A stretch of 64,000 nucleotides of DNA from the human T2T-CHM13v2.0 reference genome, Homo sapiens. Where the stretch lies: NCBI RefSeq assembly GCF_009914755.1, contig NC_060938.1; one strand, given 5' to 3'. Below are positions 34,061-47,039 of the stretch, piece by piece. How positions within the stretch are numbered: position 1 is the stretch's first letter; each line of letters begins with the position of its first letter. The translations under genes were made by a program, and so were the position numbers. The notes under the pieces were generated by a model that ran no database searches, was not told the DNA's origin, and was given only the letters and a program-made list of their open reading frames with translations.

Positions 34061-36124
34061 CGAAATTCCCAAGCAAATGCTTTGGGGTATGAAGCTTTTT
34101 CTTTGTAGAATAGAAAAAGTTGAGTTCTAACAGATTGGATAGTGGTTAGTTATATAATACTTTTTTAAAAAAAATTAGACATCTAATCAAAAATAGAGGA
34201 GTTCTATGTTTATTTAAATATATTCCTCTTAAGGCACTCAAAGAGTTCGTTTATTTTAAATAAAGCACGTTGAGATATGCCTAGTTAAGGATCTCGAAAC
34301 TTTATCCCACTTGGTGCCGTTTTTATTTTGGTGGTTTTGTGGGGGGTGGTTTTTTGGGCTTTTTACTGTTTTGATTTTATTGTATGCCAGCTATTGAGAA
34401 TCCTTTGGGAGAAGATAATCTTGTTGGACAGAAGGGAGATGAGTGTATAGAGTACGGAAAAAGCTTGGAGCCTTAATCTCTGTAATAATTGGTATGTTCA
34501 GATTGCACAATGTATTATAAAGTACAAAGCCAGGTATTTAGAATAAATAACTTCGCCTCTGCATATCCACAGCTCACTACATTTTACATTTTATTTTCAT
34601 TTGTTTCCTTCAGGAAAATTCATTGTTTGTGGTTTCCTCAAATAGCATTTTATAGAAAGCAAAGGTACACTTTTCAAAAGTAGTTGAGGTGTTTTAGATA
34701 CTTTTTTACTAATAAAAACTGATCTGTAGCCTCACTTATCATATGTGTGTGTGTTCGTGTCTAATCAGGGAGGTGCCCTTTAATGAGAGTGCCATAATTC
34801 TTTTGGTCCTACGGATGCATAATCATTATAGATGGACAATTTTCCATAGAAGAGAGCAGGCTGGTGGGGCTGTAATATTTATCACAAAGGGTCATGCTTT
34901 TTACAAAGTAGAGAAACACTGTGTAAAGTCAGACAAGTAGATTAGGATTCTGTGAAGTAAAATCTAATTTTAAAGATCTTTGAAATATTAACATTAAAAA
35001 CCCTGTTTTATGTAGAGATCCTTTCCAAATATGACTGGATAATATTATTTCCTCTTTGAAATGGATTTTTAAAAACAGTTCTACATACAACTGCTATGAC
35101 AAAATCTTTCATAGGCGTACAGAAACAAGCTGGACAGAAGTCATAAACTGTTGCCTGACTCCCTAATCTGCTGGTAGAATATTAAAGCAAAAACCTAAAG
35201 AAAGTGAGCTACAAATACGGAAAATTAGAAAGGAGCCAATACAGCCTGGGAGGTACTTTGCATCAGCCTTTGCCTCTTACTTAGAGTTTTCCCAACTGCA
35301 AATATTTATCATTCCTGTGAATTTCCTTATCACTTCCTCTTTAGCTTTCTCACTTCTCTTTTTTTAACCTTATAATTTTTGCATGTCTTATCCCTCGTAC
35401 TAAACTCTTAGTTTCTTCAGAGCATGGTTCCCATCTGACTCATCTTTGATCCGTCCTAAAGCCTTCCACTCTGCATGCGCAAAAACAACTCACACATGAT
35501 CCAAGGTGGAGAGGATTTCAGGTGTGTCAGAGACTAGAGAAGAATTATGATCAGAGGAACAAAGTGGGGAACAGAACCATTTTCTAGCTCTTCCAGGGAG
35601 ATCCATTCAATCAATGAGTAGTGTTGAGTGAGTACAAGATATTATTCTAAGACCTCTAGGTGATATAAATATTCTAGAATATGGTGCCTGCTATCAAGGG
35701 TGCAGTTAATTCCCATTCTGTGAGGTATTCACAAATTCAACTGTACTTGTGCAAACACAGTTGAAATCTAAATAGAGTTTTTATTGGCCCTTTGAGATGT
35801 TCCAAGCCACCGTTACCTTTCCTTTTCATGGACTGTCTCCAGCTTGATAATCACCGTCTCCAGCCCAGGGTGCTCCCCGCAGGCGCCCCAAATTTGGCAT
35901 GTCAAAAATTAACTCCTTATTTGTCTTCCAAATGGCTTCTCCTCTTGCATCTCCTGCTCAAGGAATGGCACCATTCAGTCTGAAACCAGAACCCTAGAGG
36001 TCACTTGTCACTACTCCCTTATCTACCATATATAGTCTGACACAGTCCTTTGCTTTTCTTAAATTATAATTATGGAAACTTGAACATGTACAAAAGTAAA
36101 GAGACTATAATGATGCCAAAGTGT

Positions 36125-36550
36125 CTTTGCAATTTGTGTTCTCTGGGAAGTAGACTCTGAGATGGAGATTTCAGGTGATTTATTGGGGAGTGCTTTTCAA
36201 CACATGTGGAAGAGAAAGAACAGAAGTAGGCAGAGGGAGAAACAGCTGAGGTGCAGTCCCAACAAAGCCTTTAGCAGCCACATGGGGAGCTCTGGAACTG
36301 CAATAGCCCTTGAGACTTGTCCCAAGTTACAGGGAGTATGGAGGCCTTTACACCCCTACACTCATCAGTCCCTTGATGTGGGCTGCCCCCAGGAGACATG
36401 ACCTTTAGTAAGGCAGGTTTCTTCACCTGAGACAATCCCCAGAAAGGGCTGACAGCTGAAGACCATCTTCTGCTGCACTTCCAGCAGCTTGGAGAGTAAG
36501 TGGTTCATTCCTGAGACATCTGTGTGTCATCACAATATCACCCACAGTGC
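36125..36550. mobile_element. Old ERVL/MaLR-type LTR remnant (family not assigned)
   Basis: gggaagtagactctgagatggagattt...tttattggggagtgc...ggagctctgga...gcccttgaga pattern. Confidence 0.55.
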
Positions 36551-36636
36551 AAGCTTTAACAGGGGTCAACTCATGGATGATCTTTTTTTCAGCTGTACCT
36601 CTACATACACGCACACACACACAAGTGTACCCATTA

Positions 36637-36906
36637 TTTTGGTTTTTGGGTTTTTGTGGGTTTTTTTGAAATTGAGTCTCACTGTGTCGCCCAGGATGGA
36701 GTACTGTGGCACGATCTCGGCTCACTGCACCCTCTGTCTCCTGTGTTCAAGCGATTCTCCTGCCTCAAATTTTTGTATTTTTAGTAGAGATGGGGTTTCA
36801 CTATGTTGGCCAGGCTGGTCTCAAACTCCTGACCTCTGCTGAGCCACCTGCCTTGGCCTCCCAAAGTGCTGGGATTATAGGCGAGAGTGAGCCACTGTGC
36901 CCGGCC
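36637..36906 (-). mobile_element. Alu with internal deletion
   Basis: Reverse Alu consensus. Confidence 0.9.
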
Positions 36907-37885
36907 AATAGCTACTAAATTTTAAAATTACTTTTTTCCTGTTAACAAAAGTAATCATATTCCTTGTAAAATGTTATAAAGATACAGAAATGAATTATGT
37001 AAGAAGTAAAGTCCTTTGGCACTCCACCTCCAAGGACAACTACTGTTTTACATTCATTATACTGTTCCCATTGAGAACATTTGAAATATAGAAATAACAT
37101 AATCATAGTGAGAGAGAAAGGGCAGGTCTTTAATTTTCCTTTACCACCTTGGAATGTAAATAAATGGTTCCAAGTGAGAGAAGTCTCTAGATCTCTTCCG
37201 AATTTTCTTCTTTAAGATTGATATCTAGTTATCCTTTACTCAAACGGTTCAGGAGCACTGAGAAATCCAGGGAGAAAAATCTTCCAACTCAAGGCATTCC
37301 AGGCCTTGAGACCTCTTGCCTATTTGTCCAAATTCTGCTAACTTCTTTCCCTTGCGTCCTGTGTCCCAGTGATGTAACCTTCTAACACGCTCTCTGACCT
37401 CTTTGTCCTTTGTAGTTGCTTTCTCTCTGTGTCTGCAACACCCTTCTTATTTCATCTTCATCTCCTTAATTTCCTGCATTTTTCACAACTCATTTCTACT
37501 TTAGAAAGCCTATCCTCTCAGGGACTGGATTAGGAGATTCTCCTCAGTGTTCCCATTTTGTGTGGTGTTTAACTCTTGCACGGTATTAATCACACTAAAA
37601 TTGTACTTATGTACTTGAAGTGAATTGTTCTGTACTAAATGATGAGCAACCTGAAGATAGGAGTTATGCCTTTAAATGCATACCTAGCAGAATGGCAGCT
37701 TAAAGAGCTCTGTGGCCTCACTCCCCATGAAACAACTGTAACTGGTGAAGCACTTTAAAAACAACCATTTAAAGTTTATTGAAACTGCCCAAAGGTTATA
37801 CAGCAAATGAAGAACTGTTTATTCAAGAAAATCTGCTACATCTTGGTAAGAACAGCAATAGTTAGTCAGTGGTACTCTCAAGTAC

Positions 37886-38330
37886 CATGCCTCACATGCC
37901 ACTCATGCCTCACATGCCACTCATGCCTCACATGCCACTCATGCCTCACATGCCACTCATGCCTCACATGCCACTCATGCCTCACATGCCACTCATGCCT
38001 CACATGCCACTCATGCCTCACATGCCACTCATGCCTCACATGCCACTCATGCCTCACATGCCACTCATGCCTCACATGCCACTCATGCCTCACATGCCAC
38101 TCATGCCTCACATGCCACTCATGCCTCACATGCCACTCATGCCTCACATGCCACTCATGCCTCACATGCCACTCATGCCTCACATGCCACTCATGCCTCA
38201 CATGCCACTCATGCCTCACATGCCACTCATGCCTCACATGCCACTCATGCCTCACATGCCACTCATGCCTCACATGCCACTCATGCCTCACATGCCACTC
38301 ATGCCTCACATGCCACTCATGCCTCACATG
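37886..38330. repeat. Perfect 18-bp minisatellite (CATGCCTCACATGCCACT) x 24.7
   Basis: 445 bp = 24 identical units + 13 nt; no mismatch seen; each unit is a dimer of related 9-mers. Confidence 0.99.
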
Positions 38331-38435
38331 ACTTGCTGCTTCTACCACCTTGCCCACCTTGAGGAAAGTTCCACACAGGTGGGTATGGCCAAGAAGATGG
38401 GGCTCCTTCTTCTCCCAAATCCCAGTAGAGGACTA

Positions 38436-39350
38436 TGAGCATTTTGGTCACAACCATTTAACCAGTCTTTAGGAAATTCCAAACTTTCCCTCATCTTCCT
38501 GTCTTCTGAGCCCTTCAAACTCTTCCAGCCTCTGCTCATTACTCCTGTGCTCATTACTCTATGAAAGGAAAATAAATCTCAGAACCACAAAATCACTAAA
38601 CCAAGGGAAAAGTCAAGCTGAGAACAATGTCTTATTTAGGAATAAAACTTCTAAATGAAGTTGTCCTGCCTAATCGGACCAAACCAATGTATATCTTACA
38701 CATATTGATTGATGTTTCATGTCTCCTTAAAATGTACAAAAGCAACCCAATCACCTTCAGCACATGTCTTCAGGACCTCCTGAGGCTGTGTCACCAGTGT
38801 GTCCTTAACCTTGGCAAAATAAACTTTCTAAATTGATTGAGATTTGTTCTAGATACCTTTTGGTTTACAGTTTGAAAGCCACTTCCACATCTTTGTAGCA
38901 ATGCCTCAATCCTGGTACCAATTTTCTGTGTTAGTCCACTCGTGTGTTGCTATAAAGAAGGACCTGAGGCTTGGTAATTTATAAAGAAAAGAGGTTTAAT
39001 TGGCTCATGGTTCTGCAGCCTGTATAGGAAGCATGGCACCAGCATCTGCTTGGCTTCTAGTGAGGCCTCAGGAGCTTCCAATTATGGCAGAAGGTGAAGG
39101 GGGAGCCAGCACATCTCATGGTGAGAGAGGGAGCAAGAGAGAGAAAGAGGACGTCCCAGACTCTTTTAAACAACCAGATCTTGTGTGAACTAACTGAACA
39201 AGAACTCACTTAGCACCAAAAGGATGGTGCTAAACCATTCGTGAGGGATCCACCTCCATGATCCAATCACCTCCCACCAGGCCCTACCTCCAACATTGGG
39301 AATCACATTTTATCATGAGATTTGGAGGGGACAAACATCCAAACCATATT
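38436..39350 (-). mobile_element. MaLR (MST/THE1-type) LTR at ~38926-39350 plus adjacent internal fragment, split by MER4
   Basis: gttgctataaaga...tggtaatttataaagaaaagaggtttaattggctcatggttctgca...catgatccaatcacctcccaccaggccc...catccaaaccat. Confidence 0.85.
38560..38869 (+). mobile_element. MER4-group (ERV1) solo LTR, internally deleted
   Basis: tgaaaggaaaataaatct...aagggaaaagtcaagctg...cttaaccttggcaaaataaactttctaaattgattgaga...ttggtttaca. Confidence 0.8.
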
Positions 39351-39618
39351 GTGTATCTCCCTGGAGGGACAAGCTGCCAGCATTTCTACCCGCTCTCATG
39401 TTCTGTTGCAAAGGCTAAATTCCAGATGAGTGTGGCCTGGAGAATGGAAAGACTGGGGACTCCTTTCCTCCTTTCAGACTGCATTCACAGAGCAGTGGCT
39501 CTATCCCAGGTGTAGCAGACTGAGAGTAGTGGAGCCCCAGTTGCCCTTATTGCAGCTCACATATAGGGTGCGAGTTCCAAGCAAGGACAGGCAAGCTGAG
39601 AAGAATGAATGGAAGCTA

Positions 39619-39962
<344 letters not shown>

Positions 39963-41527
39963 ATGAAGGAGAGTTACTCTGAGAGAAGAAAGTGACTGTC
40001 CCCATCCTCAGCTCTGGCTGGAGCAGTGGCTCAGAGATTTTGCTCAGGGGGAGAAACATCCATAAGAAAAGAAAATTCTGAAGCTCTTCCCAGAAGAAAT
40101 TAGTTTATTTGGAACGGAGTAGGGGAAAACTTGAACCTAAAGGTGCTCTTAAAAACAATGGATATTTTGGTTGTAAGCAATTAAGAGGAGGCTAGTACCT
40201 TCTAAAAGCAACAAGCTAAACTGCAGACCACTAGTTTACCAGAAAAAGCTAGGGAAGAAATGGCTAAGAAGAGCCTTCCTGGGATCAGAGCAAACCTCAA
40301 GATTGAACTCAAAAACTACCTCTGCAAAGGAGCCTAAATTTAATCAGATTAGACAATGGAGTAATTTATTCCCCCAGGGCATTGTCAAAAACAACAGAGC
40401 AATCAGCTAGCAATTAGTGGACTCTAACAGCTGGGTGGATACTAAAAGGCAGACAGTTTGACAGAGAGATGGGGAAAGACAAAGATTACTGGTAAAACCA
40501 CTATCATCCCAGGGTGAAGGGTCTAAGGAAGGTCAAGGCTGCAGTCTCTGAGGAGCAACATCAGAAGCTTCACACTGAGCTGGGGAACTGGACTTCACTA
40601 AAGCACTCCAGTCAAGTCAGTAAACAAATAAATAAGTAAACAAAATCAATAAGCTTCAGAAGGGGAAGCAATCAATACCCAGATTTATATAATAAATTGT
40701 CTAAAGTATCAAATCTTTAATAAAAAATGCATGAGATATGAAAAGAAACAGGAAAATTTGATCCATACACAGGAAAAAAGGATGCAAGAGAAATTACATA
40801 ACAGAGGGCTCGATGGCTGACTTTTTAATAAAGACTTTAGAGCAGTCATTAAAAGTATATTCAAAGAATCAAAGGAAACTCTGCGTAAAGATGTAAAGGA
40901 ATGTATGGTGACAATAATTCATCAAATACAGAACACAAATAGCTAGAAATTATTTTTAAAAGAGCCAAATAGAAATTCTGGAGCTAAAAAGTAAAATAAC
41001 AAATAAAAACATCACTTCATTGAGCACCTACTGTGTATCAAGTACTTATAGGTGCTGATGGTACATTAGTGAACAAACACACACCCATTCTCCCAGGTTT
41101 ATCTTTAACAGTATGGGAAGTCTTAGCCTGGGAAATGAAGTAAGAGGGAAAGAAATAAAAGCGATAAGGACTGGAAAGGAAAAAGCAAACTATTATTACT
41201 ACTGTTATTCACAGCTGCAGATATCATCTATATAGAAAGCCTAAAAGAATCAATAGAAAAATTATTATAAGAGTTTAAACAAGGGGACTGGATACTAAAT
41301 AAATATATATAATTCAATTGCATTTTTATATATTGGAATCAAGCAGTTAGAAAATGTAAGGCAAAGATACTAAATACAATAGCCACACAAAAACATAAGA
41401 CATATAAGAAAAATCTAACAAAAGACAAGTAAAAAGTTCAGGGAGAAAAATTATGAAACTTCAGTAAAGATGCTACAGGTGACTTAAAGAAATGTTTGTG
41501 GATAGAAATAATACAATAAAGATATTA

Positions 41528-41841
<314 letters not shown>

Positions 41842-42531
41842 TTATTCCTTCCCAAATTGACTTACAGATTTAATGTAATTCAATTGAAATCCCAATGGCG
41901 CTATCAGAGAAATTTGACAAGTCAAATTTAAAATTTATATGAAAAAGTGAAAATTCAAGAATAGTCAAGATACTCTGTAGTAATTAGTGTGGTGTTAGAG
42001 AAGTGAAATCTAAATGGAGCCTTGAAAGTAGATAACAACCCTAGGAGTAGACTGAAGCTGGAGCCGGCACTGAAGGTTCCTTCCTGTGCCAGGCTTAACC
42101 ACTTCAGTTTTAGAGGCTGGGAGGTTGAGGGATTTGTGGCCTGGGGGGCCCAAGTGTTTGGGATGAGGGTAGTAAGGAGGCTTAGAGTGGTAACTGTTAT
42201 ACTAACAGTAATGGAAATACTGCACTATGGTTTGGTATTTTAATAACAGGTACAAAGCCATAGTTGTGTACTGTTTGCAATTAGCCATGCAACTTGACAT
42301 ATAACAGAAGTGAATTTTGGGAAAGGATGGACTTTTCAATAACAGATGCTGGAAAATTATACATACGGGAAATACATATACATACATATGGTTATACATA
42401 TGGAAAAAAGTGAAATAGGATCCTTATACCATACATAGAAATAAATTTTTAGATGGATGACAGTAAATTAAAAGTGAAAGGTAATACTTTCAGAGTTTCT
42501 GAATAAAATTGCAGCAGACTTGTTGGCAGTC

Positions 42532-42895
42532 TGTTCTGGTCTGAATGTCTCCCAAAATCAATGTGTTGAAACTTAATTAACAATGTGATAGCATTAAGAG
42601 GTAGGGCCTTAGCAGGTAATTAAGTCATGAGGACTCATGAATGGGATTAGTGATTTTATAAAAGGGCTGGAGGGAACTAGCTAGGCCTCTTTTGTCCTTC
42701 CGCTATTATGCCATGTGAGGACACGGCAACAAGGTGCCATCTTGAAAGCAGAGAGCAGCCCTCACCAGGCACGGAATCTGCCAGCACCTTGATCTTAGAT
42801 TTCCCAGCCTCCCAGAACTGTGAGAAATAAATTTCTGTTGTTTGTAAGCTACCTATTCTATGGTATTTTGTTATAGCAGCAGAAATGAGCTAATA
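42532..42895 (+). mobile_element. MaLR LTR (MLT1A/MSTD-like)
   Basis: ggtctgaatgtctcccaaaatc...gccagcaccttgatctt...agaactgtgagaaataaatttctgttg...tggtattttgttatagcagc. Confidence 0.85.
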
Positions 42896-43134
42896 CGTGG
42901 TCCAACAAAGACGTGTGCACCTCTTCCAGCGATTGAAACTATTGTTGGGGAGAGGTTGCCTAATTAGTGATGACGTTTCTCAGCCACCTTTGCACCTGAA
43001 TGGGTCCATGTGACTGAGTTCTGGCCAATGGAATGTGGACTGAAATGGTGTATAACAGTGCTTCTCAAATTATCTGTTGTAATGAACCATTTCCCAAATG
43101 GTTCCCCCACTCTATCATGGGGGAAATAATGCAT

Positions 43135-43779
43135 TTTGGCTCACTGCAACCTCTGCCTCCCAGGTTCAAGTGGTTCTCCTGCCCCAGCCTCCCAAGTAGC
43201 TGGGATTACAGGCACACGCCACTACGCCTAGCTAATTTTTGTGTTTTTATTAGAGACGGGGTTTCACTATTTTGGTCACGCTGGTCTCGAACTCTTGACC
43301 TGGTGATCCACCCACCTCAGCCTCCCAAATTGCTGGGATTACAGGCGTGAGCCACTGCGCCCAGCCAGTTGCAATACCATTTTCATAAAACTCAAAACCA
43401 ACCACAACTAAAAAATATACCGTTTAAATATACATACATATGTGATAAAATATATACATGAGAAAGAGAAACAAAATTCAAGGTAGTTATTTATTTATTT
43501 TTTGAGATTCGGTCTCACTCCGTAGCCCAGGATGGAGTGCAGTGGCACGATCTCGGCTCACCACTGCAACCTCTGTCTCCTGTAACCACCATCTCCCAGG
43601 CTCAAATGATCCTCCCACCTCAGCCTCCCGAGTAGCTGGGACTACAGGTGTGCACCACCATGCCCGGCTAATTTTCACCATGTTTCCCAGGCTGGTCTCC
43701 AACTCTTGTGCTTAAGCAATCCTCTTGCTTTTGTCTCCCAAAGTGTTGGGATTTCAGGCGTGAGCCACCGTGCCCAACC
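43135..43779 (-). mobile_element. Two antisense Alus (43135-43366 partial; 43487-43779)
   Basis: Reverse Alu consensus, twice. Confidence 0.9.
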
Positions 43780-43981
43780 AGTAGCTGTGATTAAAGTAGG
43801 GTACAGTCAAAGGAATAGGTCAGAGGAGGAAATCGCAGATTGATGTGAAGGCGTTGGTAATGTTCTGGTTCCTACACAGGTGAAAGGTGTACAGGTGTTT
43901 AACTGCTATGCTTTTTATCTCACACATCGCATAAATTTTTCTGTGACATAAAATATTACATAACATTTAAAAAACAGGTCA

Positions 43982-44330
<349 letters not shown>

Positions 44331-45228
44331 CAGGTCAAGGATCAGAAAAGTAAAGTGAGTTGACACTCCATTTACACACAGAAAGCCCGATGTTTTTCTA
44401 TTATATCAGGATACCTCTTCTAAAGAATGATAGCATACCTTTCAATCAGAGAAATGATCTAAAGTTCAAAATGTTACTCCATAGCTAGCTCCTGGAGGAA
44501 GGAAGCTAGGTGGCAGCGTGTACACAAAAAGGCAATTCATCCAAATAATAATATAACAAGAATATAACAAGTAGGTATTTTCTGCTAAGTGCTATGTAGC
44601 ACAGGGGTGAATGCGTGGCAGGGCAGGAGGAGGGCTGTTTACAAGAGGGTATGAAATGCAGCTCTTCTTTTCAAGAGTGGTTGCAGAATGCCAGGGCTAC
44701 AAAGAGAGGGCCGCACATTAAGCATCGTATTATGTGGGTACAGAGTATTAGGGTTCTCGATGACCAGAAGGAGAATGAGTGCAGTTTGTTTCCTAGCAAG
44801 CCTTCTTTAGCTTCTCTTCCCAAGTGGGAGTGGGGTTGGGGTTGGGACTGTTCTTTCCTAGCTCAAAAGTTCACTTATGTCACACTAGGGTCAGTTTAAA
44901 GGAGAGTGCTAGTAAGGGTAAAGTCAAGTTACATAACCTAGCGGAAAATGAAGACCTAAAACCGCTCGTGAGCAAACACAACACTTTAGACGTAAACCTC
45001 TTCCAAAGAAGGGTGGATCTTAGCACGCTGGGTGAAAGCAATCTCAGCCAGTAAAACATCAGAACGCTTTCACGCACGCGCAGTAAGCACACGACCGGTG
45101 GCAAGAGCCCGGATAAAGGCGGAGCTAAAGGTGCCGGATAATGCATCACGGAGCGCGTGTGCGCACGCCGTAGGGGGCGGGCCGTTCGGGCTTGGTTTCC
45201 TGAGCGACCACCGCTGGCTAGTCCGTTA

Positions 45229-45330
45229 GAGGCGTGCGGGCTTCGGAGGCGTGCGGGCTTCGGAGGCGTGCGGGCTTCGGAGGCGTGCGGGCTTCGGAGG
45301 CGTGCGGGCTTCGGAGGCGTGCGGGCTTCG
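45229..45330 (+). repeat. Perfect 17-bp tandem repeat (GAGGCGTGCGGGCTTCG) x 6 in the SNAPC1 5' UTR/proximal promoter
   Basis: Six identical units ending 6 nt before the ATG at 45337. Confidence 0.98.
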
Positions 45331-45336
45331 GGTGCC

Positions 45337-45464
45337 ATGGGGACTCCTCCCGGCCTGCAGACCGACTGCGAGGCGCTGCTCAGCCGCTTCCAGGAGACGG
45401 ACAGTGTACGCTTCGAGGACTTCACGGAGCTCTGGAGAAACATGAAGTTCGGGACTATCTTCTG
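45337..45464 (+). CDS. SNAPC1: SNAPC1 (SNAP43, snRNA-activating protein complex subunit 1) exon 1
   Basis: gccATGg strong Kozak; MGTPPGLQTDCEALLSRFQETDSVRFEDFTELWRNMKFGTIF; donor TG|gtgggt. Confidence 0.97.
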
Positions 45465-45855
45465 GTGGGTGTTTCTTGTCCACCACCCGCCTCTCCCTGC
45501 CCGCAGGTGGTGTAGAAAGTTGCCTCCTTCCCGGCGATATTGCACTTGTGAAGGGCTGAGAAGAGCGGCAGTCACCGAAGGTTGCCTCCATCACTCCTGG
45601 ACCTTCCCCTGTGCTCAGGCAACGCGCTTTCCCTGCTCTATTTCATTGTGCCCTGATGGTTGTTGCGGCCTCCTCCCAAATATGCGTCTCTGCCTGGCCT
45701 CCCTTCCAAACTCCTCTCTCCCATCTCCACCCTGAGCCAGGCCACTATCATTTGCCCTTCCCCAGTCTTGTTCTAGGACCTGATGTTTAAAAACACACAA
45801 GCAAAGACAAAACCCTTCAAGATTGAATTAATTTTTCCTCCAACAACCAAAGTTG

Positions 45856-45857
<2 letters not shown>

Positions 45858-45892
<35 letters not shown>

Positions 45893-46176
45893 AGACGGAG
45901 TCTCCTTTTGTCGCCCAGGCTGGAGTGCAATGGCGCGTTCGCGGCTCAGTGCAACCCTTCGCCTCTCAGGTTCAAGTGATTCTCTTGCCTCAACCTCCGG
46001 AGTAGCTGGGATTACAGGTGCCCGGCACCACGCCCGGTTAATTTTTTGTATTTTTAGTAGAGACGGGGTTTTACTATGTTGGCCAGACTGGCCTCGAACT
46101 CCTGACCTCGTGACCCGCCTGCCGACTCGGCCTCCCAAAGCGCTAGGATTACAGGAGTGAGCCACCGCGCCCGGCC
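45858..46176 (-). mobile_element. Alu with long poly-T, CpG-rich
   Basis: Reverse Alu; TSD-like aaagttgt. Confidence 0.95.
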
Positions 46177-46775
46177 CAAAAGTTGTTTTTCAAAAGTGCA
46201 AATTTGATTATGTCACTCCCCGACTTATTACTCTGTAGTGGTGCCCATTGCCTTTGGGATAACGCTTGAATTCTCTGACTTGCCAAGACCATTCCTCACT
46301 GGCCTTTGCCTATCTCTCCAGCTTCGCCTGCCAGTCCCCTCCATGCACTCACTTTCTTGCTCCAGCAGCTGCTTTTTTTTTTTTTTTTTTTTTTTTTTGG
46401 GCCCTCTACAGGCTTTTCCTAATCCTGGAGTTTCCACCGCAACTCTCTTGTTTTGTCCACCTTATTCTTCACTCAGGGTTAAGCTCAAATGACATCCTCG
46501 GGGGAAGTCTTTTTTGCTCTTCTAGACTGAGTACGCTGTTCATGTTTTTTCCCCGCATAGCACCCTGTTTTTATTTTATGTCACCGCTTTCCACATTTTG
46601 TTGTAATGGTATAGTTGAAAAGGCAGTGTGGGATTGTTAAGGGCATAGGTTATGGAACCCAATTGGCTGCATTTGATTGCAGGGTCCGCTATGACTTGGG
46701 GCAAGTTACTTGAGTTTCCATATCTGTAAAATAGAGGCAATGATAAACCTCATAGTAGTTGTGAAGATTAAATGA

Positions 46776-47039
<264 letters not shown>

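Larger units (their letters stand above)
44940..45700 (+). promoter_or_regulatory. SNAPC1: SNAPC1 CpG-island promoter
   Basis: CpG-rich; GC boxes AGGCGGAGC (~45117) and GGGGGCGGG (~45173); NRF1-like GCGCGTGTGCGC (~45153); no obvious TATA. Confidence 0.9.

Noticed and set aside
33508-34092. Overlapping 73-194 aa ORFs in the CpG island
   Set aside because: Stop-poor GC-rich DNA, mostly non-ATG starts and no recognisable domain; only the minus-strand AUG at 33541 was kept as a candidate.
37886-38330. CRISPR-like array or p53 response-element array
   Set aside because: There are no unique spacers, so it is a plain tandem repeat. CATG cores are 9 bp apart rather than the 10 bp of p53 half-site pairs, and they lack the RRR 5' flank.
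37869-38438. (MPHMPL)n and (HVRHEW)n ORFs as genes
   Set aside because: These are by-products of a stop-free 18-mer, with no splice or promoter support.
45240-45332. Repeated C(UUCG)G tetraloop hairpins in the 17-bp units
   Set aside because: Only the closing C-G pair can form; the flanks (GGG / AGG) do not pair, so there is no stem.
44880-45594. 231-aa and 122-aa minus-strand ORFs over the SNAPC1 promoter
   Set aside because: Explained by GC richness, the antisense of exon 1 and the 17-bp repeat.
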